Shown here piece by piece: positions 56,634 through 64,000 of a DNA stretch of 64,000 bases. A program made the position numbers and the translations under genes. Source of the stretch: an uncultured Alphaproteobacteria bacterium (GTDB lineage: Bacteria > Pseudomonadota > Alphaproteobacteria > Micropepsales > Micropepsaceae). The stretch is taken from positions 763,522-827,521 of the forward strand of contig OY970252.1 in the NCBI GenBank assembly GCA_963715545.1, given 5' to 3'. A model generated the notes under the pieces. That model did not search any database, was not told where the DNA came from, and saw only the letters and a list, made by a program, of their open reading frames with translations. The first letter of the stretch is position 1. The number at the start of each line of letters is the position of its first letter.

Positions 56634-57856
56634 TCAGAGACCGGCCACTGCTTTTCCCAGCCGCTCCAACCCGGTCTCCACTCTCGCCGGATCCTGGGCG
56701 AAGCAGATGCGGATGAAGGAATCGTCGAGCGGACATCGTCCGGCGGCGCGAAGGCGGAGCCGGGCGCGACGCCGACGCGCGCGTTGTGCACGAGATCGGA
56801 TGCGAAGCCCAGACTGTCCTTCATGCCCTCGACATGCAGGAAGCCGTAAAACGCGCCTTCGGGTTCGATCCAGCGGATGCGGTTTTGCGTCGAGAGGAAT
56901 TTGCGCACCACGTCGCGGCCTTTGCTGCAGCGCGCGAGCAATTTCGCCGCGGAAAGCGTCGCCTTGCGGCGACAGCGCCGCCAGCGCGCCATATTGCGCG
57001 AAGGTGCGTCGCGCCGGTGTTGTTCGCGGCCGACATCATCCACATCGGCGTTCGAGCGATTTGGCGGGATGCACCAGCCAGCCGATGCGCCAGCCCGTCA
57101 TCGCCCAGGGCTTGGAGAAACAGTTGATGACGAAGACCGCATCGTCCGGCTCGGCGATCTGCAGGAAAGACGGCGCATGCGTGCTGCCGTCGAAGATGAG
57201 CGTGCCATAGACTTCGTCGCTGATGATCGCGATGCCGCGCGCCGCGCGCGAATTCCAGCACTGCGCGCTGCTGGTCCCGCGTCATGCATCCAGCCGGTCG
57301 GATTGCCGGGCGAGGCGATGAAGATCGCCTTCGTCCGCGCGTCGCAGGCGTCGAACAGTTTCTCGAGATCGAGGTGCCAGCGCGGCGCGGACGCATTCCA
57401 GTCGTCGTCCAGCCGCGCATAGCGCACTTCGGCGCCGCAGATTTCCGCCGCCTGGAAGATGTTCGGCCAGATCGGCGAGACGACCACGATATTGTCGCCC
57501 GGTCTCCACCACCGATTGCAGCGCCAGGATCGACCGCCAGCATGGCCGCGCCCGGAACGGTGATGCGCTCGAGCGCCGATCTCGGCGCCGAGCGTGCGCC
57601 GGTGAAAATCCGCGGATGGCCTCGCGCAGGGGCGGGATGCCGCGCGCATTGGTGTAGAAGGTGTGGCCTTCGTCGAGCGCCTGCTTGGCGGCGTCGCGGA
57701 TGAAGGCGGGCGTCACCAGGTCGGTCTCGCCGAACCACAGCGCGATCACGTCCGGCTCGCCCAGCGCCCAGCAGCGACACCGCGGCGATGCCGTTGGGCT
57801 TCAGGTTCCGGATCTCGGGGCGGATCGGGCTCGGAGCCCGGGGATAAAGAGCGCAT
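56634..57856 (-). CDS. PLP-dependent aminotransferase class I/II (frameshifted, start approximate)
   Basis: [52 protein letters not shown]. Confidence 0.88.
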
Positions 57857-57920
57857 GGCGCCGTTTCGAGCCTACCGCGCTTGCGTCCGTCAACCCGTGC
57901 TTCCTATAACCCCCGCCATT

Positions 57921-58012
57921 CCGCACGCGAGGGTGGGTTCTGAGGCGAGTTGCCTCTGTCCCCGTCCGGTGCCCCGCAAGGGGTAATCTCCTCGCGTCAG
58001 GCCAACCGGAAA
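57921..58012 (+). promoter_or_regulatory. rpsB 5' leader (S2 autogenous control structure)
   Basis: ACGCGAGG/CCTCGCGT stem, CCCC-GCAA-GGGG hairpin, TCCGGT/ACCGGA pseudoknot pair; TTGCGT-18-TATAAC upstream. Confidence 0.6.
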
Positions 58013-58028
58013 AGGAGACGTTATTCCA

Positions 58029-58826
58029 ATGGCTTTGCCAGACTTCACCATGCGTCAGCTGCTCGAAGCCGGCGCCCATTTCGGCCACCGCCAGCAGCGC
58101 TGGAACCCGAAAATGGCGCCCTACATCTATGGCTCGCGCAACGACATCCACATCATCGACCTGACCCAGACCGTGCCGCTGCTGCACCAGGCGCTCGTGG
58201 CGCTGCGCGACGTGGCGGCCGGCGGCGGGCGCATCCTGTTCGTCGGCACCAAGCGCCAGGCGTCCGAGCCGATCGCGGCGGCCGCCAAGCGCTGCGCCCA
58301 GTATTATGTCAACCATCGCTGGCTCGGCGGCACGCTGACCAACTGGCAGACGATCTCGCCATTCGATCCGCCGCCTGCGCACCATCGAAGAGACGCTGCG
58401 GCTCCGCGCAAGGCTCGGGTCTGACCAAGAAGGAACTGCTGCGGCTGTTGCGCGAGCGCGACAAGCTCGAGCGCTCGCTGGGCGGCATCAAGGAAATGGG
58501 CGGCCTTCCCAACATGCTGTTCGTGATCGACACGAACAAGGAAGACATCGCCGTCGCCGAAGCGCGCAAGCTGGGCATCCCGGTCACCGCGATCCTCGAT
58601 TCCAACTCCAATCCCGACGGCATCGCCTATCCGATCCCCGGCAATGACGACGCGGCCCGCGCCTCGCGCTCTATTGCGATCTGGTGGCGCGCGCGATCAT
58701 CGACGGCCTGTCGCAGAGCCAGGTCGAAGTCGGGCGTCGATGTCGGGCGAGGCCGAAGACGCCGTTGCCCGATCTCACGCAGGCTGCCCGCCGCCGAAAG
58801 CGTCGAAGCAGCCCGCCGCGGCCTGA
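58029..58826 (+). CDS. rpsB: 30S ribosomal protein S2 (frameshifted)
   Basis: [42 protein letters not shown]. Confidence 0.96.
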
Positions 58827-58850
58827 TCGCATCAGAATACGGAGTCCGAA

Positions 58851-59781
58851 ATGGCGAACATCACCGCGACCATGGTGAAGGACCTGCGCGACAAGACCGG
58901 CGCGGGCATGATGGATTGCAAGACTGCGCTCGACCGAAACCAATGGCGACATGGAAGCCGCCATCGACTGGCTGCGCAAGAAGGGCATTTCCAAGGCCGC
59001 CAAGAAGGCCGGCCGCGTCGCCGCCGAAGGCCTGGTCGGCGTGGCCGTCGACGGCGACGCCGGCGCGCTGGTCGAAGTGAATGCCGAGACCGATTTCGTC
59101 GCCCGCAATGACGAGTTCAAGGAGTTCGTGAAGCGGCGCGGCCAATCTCGCGCTGCAGGAAGGCGGCGATCTCGACAAGCTGCTGGCGCATCGCCATACG
59201 CGGCGGCGCCAGCGTGCAGCAGACGCCTCACCGAACTGGTCGCCAAGATCGGCGAGAATATGAGCGTGCGCCGCACCGTCGCGCTGTCGGTCAATCCCGG
59301 CGTGGTCGGCGCCTATGTCCACAACGCGTCTTCGCCGGAACTGGGCAAGATCGGCGTGCTGGTGGCGCTCAAATCCACCGCCGACAAGGACGAAGCTGGC
59401 CGCGCTCGGCCAAGCAGCTCGCCATGCATGTCGCGGCCGCCGCGCCGCTCGCGCTCACGCCCGAGCATCTGTCGCCGGAAGTGGTCGAGCGCGAACGCGA
59501 CTATCCAGGCCGAACTCGCGCGCCAGTCCGGCAAGCCCGAGAACGTCATCGAGAAGATGATCGAAGGCCGGATGCGCAAGTTCTACGAGGAGACGGTGCT
59601 GCTTTCCGCAGACCTTCGTCATCGACGGCGAAACACAGATCGCCAAGGTGATCGAGAAGGCATCGAAGGATCTGGGCGCGCCGGTCGAGATCGAAGGCTT
59701 TGTCCGCTTCCGGTGGGCGAGGGCATCGAAAAGGTCGATGGCGACTTCGCCGACGAAGTCAGCAAGATGGCGGGCCACTGA
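58851..59781 (+). CDS. tsf: Elongation factor Ts (frameshifted)
   Basis: [34 protein letters not shown]. Confidence 0.96.
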
Positions 59782-59800
59782 ACGCCGACGGAGGACGCGA

Positions 59801-61138
<1,338 letters not shown>

Positions 61139-61159
61139 TTATGTGTGAGGTCTGACGCG

Positions 61160-61910
61160 ATGGCCCCCGTTCCGCCGGCGAAGGAATCCCTTCCGCGCCA
61201 TGTCGCCATCATCATGGACGGCAACGGACGCTGGGCGCGCAAGCGCCATCTGCCGCGCGAGGCCGGCCATGTGGCCGGCGTCGCGGCGGTGCGCGACGAT
61301 CGTGCGCGCGGCGTGCGACATCGGGCTCGAGAATCTGACGCTTTACGCCTTCTCGTCCGAGAACTGGAAGCGGCCCAAGACCGAAGTGGGCGCCCTGATG
61401 GGCCTGTTCCGCGCCTATTTCCGCAGCGACATGGACGAGCTGGTCGAGCGCAATGTGCGTATGCGCATCATCGGCAATCGCGGCCGCGTCGCCGACGACA
61501 TTCTCAGCAGATGATCGAGGACGGCGAAAGCCGCACCGGCGGCGAACACCGGCCTCAATCTGACCTTCGCCTTCGATTATGGCGGCGCAGGAAGAAATCG
61601 CCGCCGCCGCGCGCGAACTGGCGCGCGCCGCCGCGCGACGGCGAGCTCGATCCCGAAACCATCACGCCGCGAACTTTTCGCGACGCGGCTTGTTCACCAG
61701 CGCGCATGCCCGATCCCGATCTGGTCATCCGCACCAGCGGCGAACACCGGCTTCGCAATTTCCTGCTCTGGCAGTCGGCCTATGCCGAGCTCGCTGTTCG
61801 TCGACACGCTGTGGCCGGATTTCACACGCGCGGAGTTCTTCGAGGCGCTCGAAGCCTATGCCGACGGCGAGCGGCGCTTCGGCGCGGTTGCGCCCGAGGC
61901 CGTGGCGTGA
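61160..61910 (+). CDS. uppS: Undecaprenyl diphosphate synthase (frameshifted)
   Basis: [45 protein letters not shown]. Confidence 0.95.
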
Positions 61911-62797
61911 GCGCCGCGCCGGACATCGACCGGACGATTCCCGGCCGCGAAACAGGTCGATTGCGCGCGGCAGCGAAAATGGAATGGCCAGCGCGTGCGC
62001 TGTTCGGCCGTTCTGCTGGCAGCGGCTCGCTCTGGGCTGCACATTTGCGGGCGCGCCCTATCTTGCGGGACTGATCGCGCTCGTCTGCCTTCGCCGCGGC
62101 CCGCGAATGGCACCGCATGGTTGGGTCGCCAATCGCTATTGCTGGGAAGCGATCGCTCACGGGCGCCTCCATCGCCGCCGCGACTCGCGGCGATCGTCGA
62201 TGGCGCCGCGCATGCGTTCTGGCCGTTCGGCTATTTTGGCGGTCGGCGCCGCCGCCGCCGCATTGGCGGCGTTCGTGCGCGGCGCGCCGCCATTCCTGGA
62301 ACGGGGCAGGGGCGCTCTATATCGGCGTGCCGTCACTGTCGCTGGTGGCTCTCGCGCACGCATTCGGCGCAAGGCGCGCTTGTGGTCGCTCGGCTCTGTT
62401 CATTGTGATCTGGGGCGCCGACACGGGCGCGCTCGTCACCGGCACGCTGATCGGCGGCCCGAAGCTCATGCCCGTTCTTTCGCCCAACAAGACCTGGGCC
62501 GGCATTCTCGGCGGCATCGCTCTGCCGGCGGCCGGGTTGTCGCTCTATGTGACCTTGCTGCATGGCAGCGGCTGGAAAGCCGCCATGCTGGGCGTCGCGC
62601 TCGCGTTGGCCGCGCATGCCGGCGATCTGTTCGAATCCTGGGTCAAACGCCGCGTCGGCCGCAAGAACAGCGGCAGCCTTATTCCCGGCCATGGCGGCGT
62701 TCTGGATCGCATCGACTCCACCTTGTTCGTGGCGCCTGTCGCCGCCTTACTGGTGTTCGCGTTCGGTCTCGATCCGCTTTTCGGAGGCCATCCATGA
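61907..62797 (+). CDS. cdsA: Phosphatidate cytidylyltransferase (frameshifted)
   Basis: [33 protein letters not shown]. Confidence 0.93.
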
Positions 62798-64000
62798 ATC
62801 GCAGCGCACACGAATTCCAACTCGACGAATGTCGCCAATGCGTTGTCGCGCCGCCTGACGATTCTGGGCAGCACCGGCTCCATCGGCGTCAGCACGCTCG
62901 ATGTTGTCGCCCATGCGCGCGCCAATTATGGGCCGGATGCGTTTCCGCTCGAGGCGCTGACGGCGCAGTCGAGCGTGGACAAACTGGCGGCGCAGGCGCG
63001 CGAGTTCCGCCCGCGCCTGGCGGTGATCGGCGATGACGTGCTCTCTATTCGAAGCTGAAGGACGCGCTGGCCGGCAACGGATATCGAAGTCGCCGCCGGC
63101 AACAGACGCCGTTCGCGATGCGGCGGCGAGGCCGTCGGATGTCGTGATGGTCGCAATCATCGGGCGCAGCGAGTCTCGAGCCGACGCTTGCCGCGGTGAA
63201 ACGCGGCGCCACGATCGCGCTTGCCAACAAGGAATGCGTGGTCGCGGCGGGCGATGTCTTTCGCGACGCGCTGGCCGCCTCGCGGCGCGATCGTGATTCC
63301 GGTCGATTCCGAACACAACGCCATCTTCCAGGTGCTGGATTTCGCCAGGCGCACGCCTTCGAGCGGGTGACGCTCACGGCGTCAGGCGGTCCGTTCCGGG
63401 AATGGACGCGCGAGCGCATGGAAGTCGCCACGCCGGAACAGGCGGTCGCGCATCCCAACTGGTCGATGGGCGCCAAGATTTCCGTCGACAGCGCGACCTT
63501 GATGAACAAGGGGCTCGAGCTGATCGAGGCGCATTTCCTCTTCGGCCTTGCCGGCGGAAAAGCTCGGCGTCATCGTTCATCCCCAATCGATCGTGCATTG
63601 CCTCGTCTCCTATGCCGACGGCTCGACTTTGGCCCATCTGTCGGCGCCGGACATGCGCACGCCTATCGCCTACGCGCTGTCTTGGCCACACCGCATCGCA
63701 TCACCTTCGCTCCGGCTCGATCTCGCACGCATCGGGCAGCTGACCTTCGAAAACGCCGATTTCGAGCGGTTTCCGTGCCTCGGATTGGCGCATGACTGCT
63801 TGCGCACCGGCGGGCTGGCGCCTACCATTCTCAACGCTGCGAATGAAGTCGCCGTTCAGGCCTTCCTGAGCCGCCGGATCGGGTTTCTCGATATCGCGCG
63901 CGTGATCGGGGAAACGCTGGCCGCGAATGACGGCTCGAACGGCGGCGGCGGTCTGGATGAGGTCCTCGCTGTCGACGCGCGCGCGCGAAACGTAGCCGGC
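62794..64000 (+). CDS. dxr: DXP reductoisomerase (frameshifted, runs off the window)
   Basis: [61 protein letters not shown]. Confidence 0.95.

Overview
High-GC alphaproteobacterial chromosome segment. The backbone gene order is secA, argJ, mutT, flp, comF, grxC, ubiG, lysC, ptsP, rodZ, ispG, prfA, prmC, DUF4167, clpB, proS, lolE/lolD, dnaE, rpsB, tsf, pyrH, frr, uppS, cdsA, dxr. Most conserved genes are broken by small indels while accessory genes are clean, which points to assembly/consensus error rather than true pseudogenes, so their coordinates are approximate. Three mobile elements can be delimited to the base. (1) An IS110/IS621-like recombinase inserted into a REP-like repeat. Its non-coding left end reads as a complete bridge RNA with target and donor guides matching the insertion site and the element ends, circularisation would assemble a sigma70-like promoter, and an empty target copy lies at 48531. 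(2) An IS1-family transporter element (19-bp IRs, 8-bp TSD) carrying a proteasome-beta-like Ntn hydrolase and small ORFs. (3) An IS1595-family transporter element (26-bp IRs, 8-bp TSD) carrying a RusA-like nuclease, inserted into a DUF5681 gene. Other highlights are a HicA-like/eRF1-like fusion gene beside PPK2 and a zinc ADH, a HEPN-like orphan, a doubly LexA-boxed 36-aa SidA-like ORF upstream of dnaE, and a Q/N-rich DUF4167 protein next to clpB. All protein family calls come from motif recognition by eye; no searches were run.
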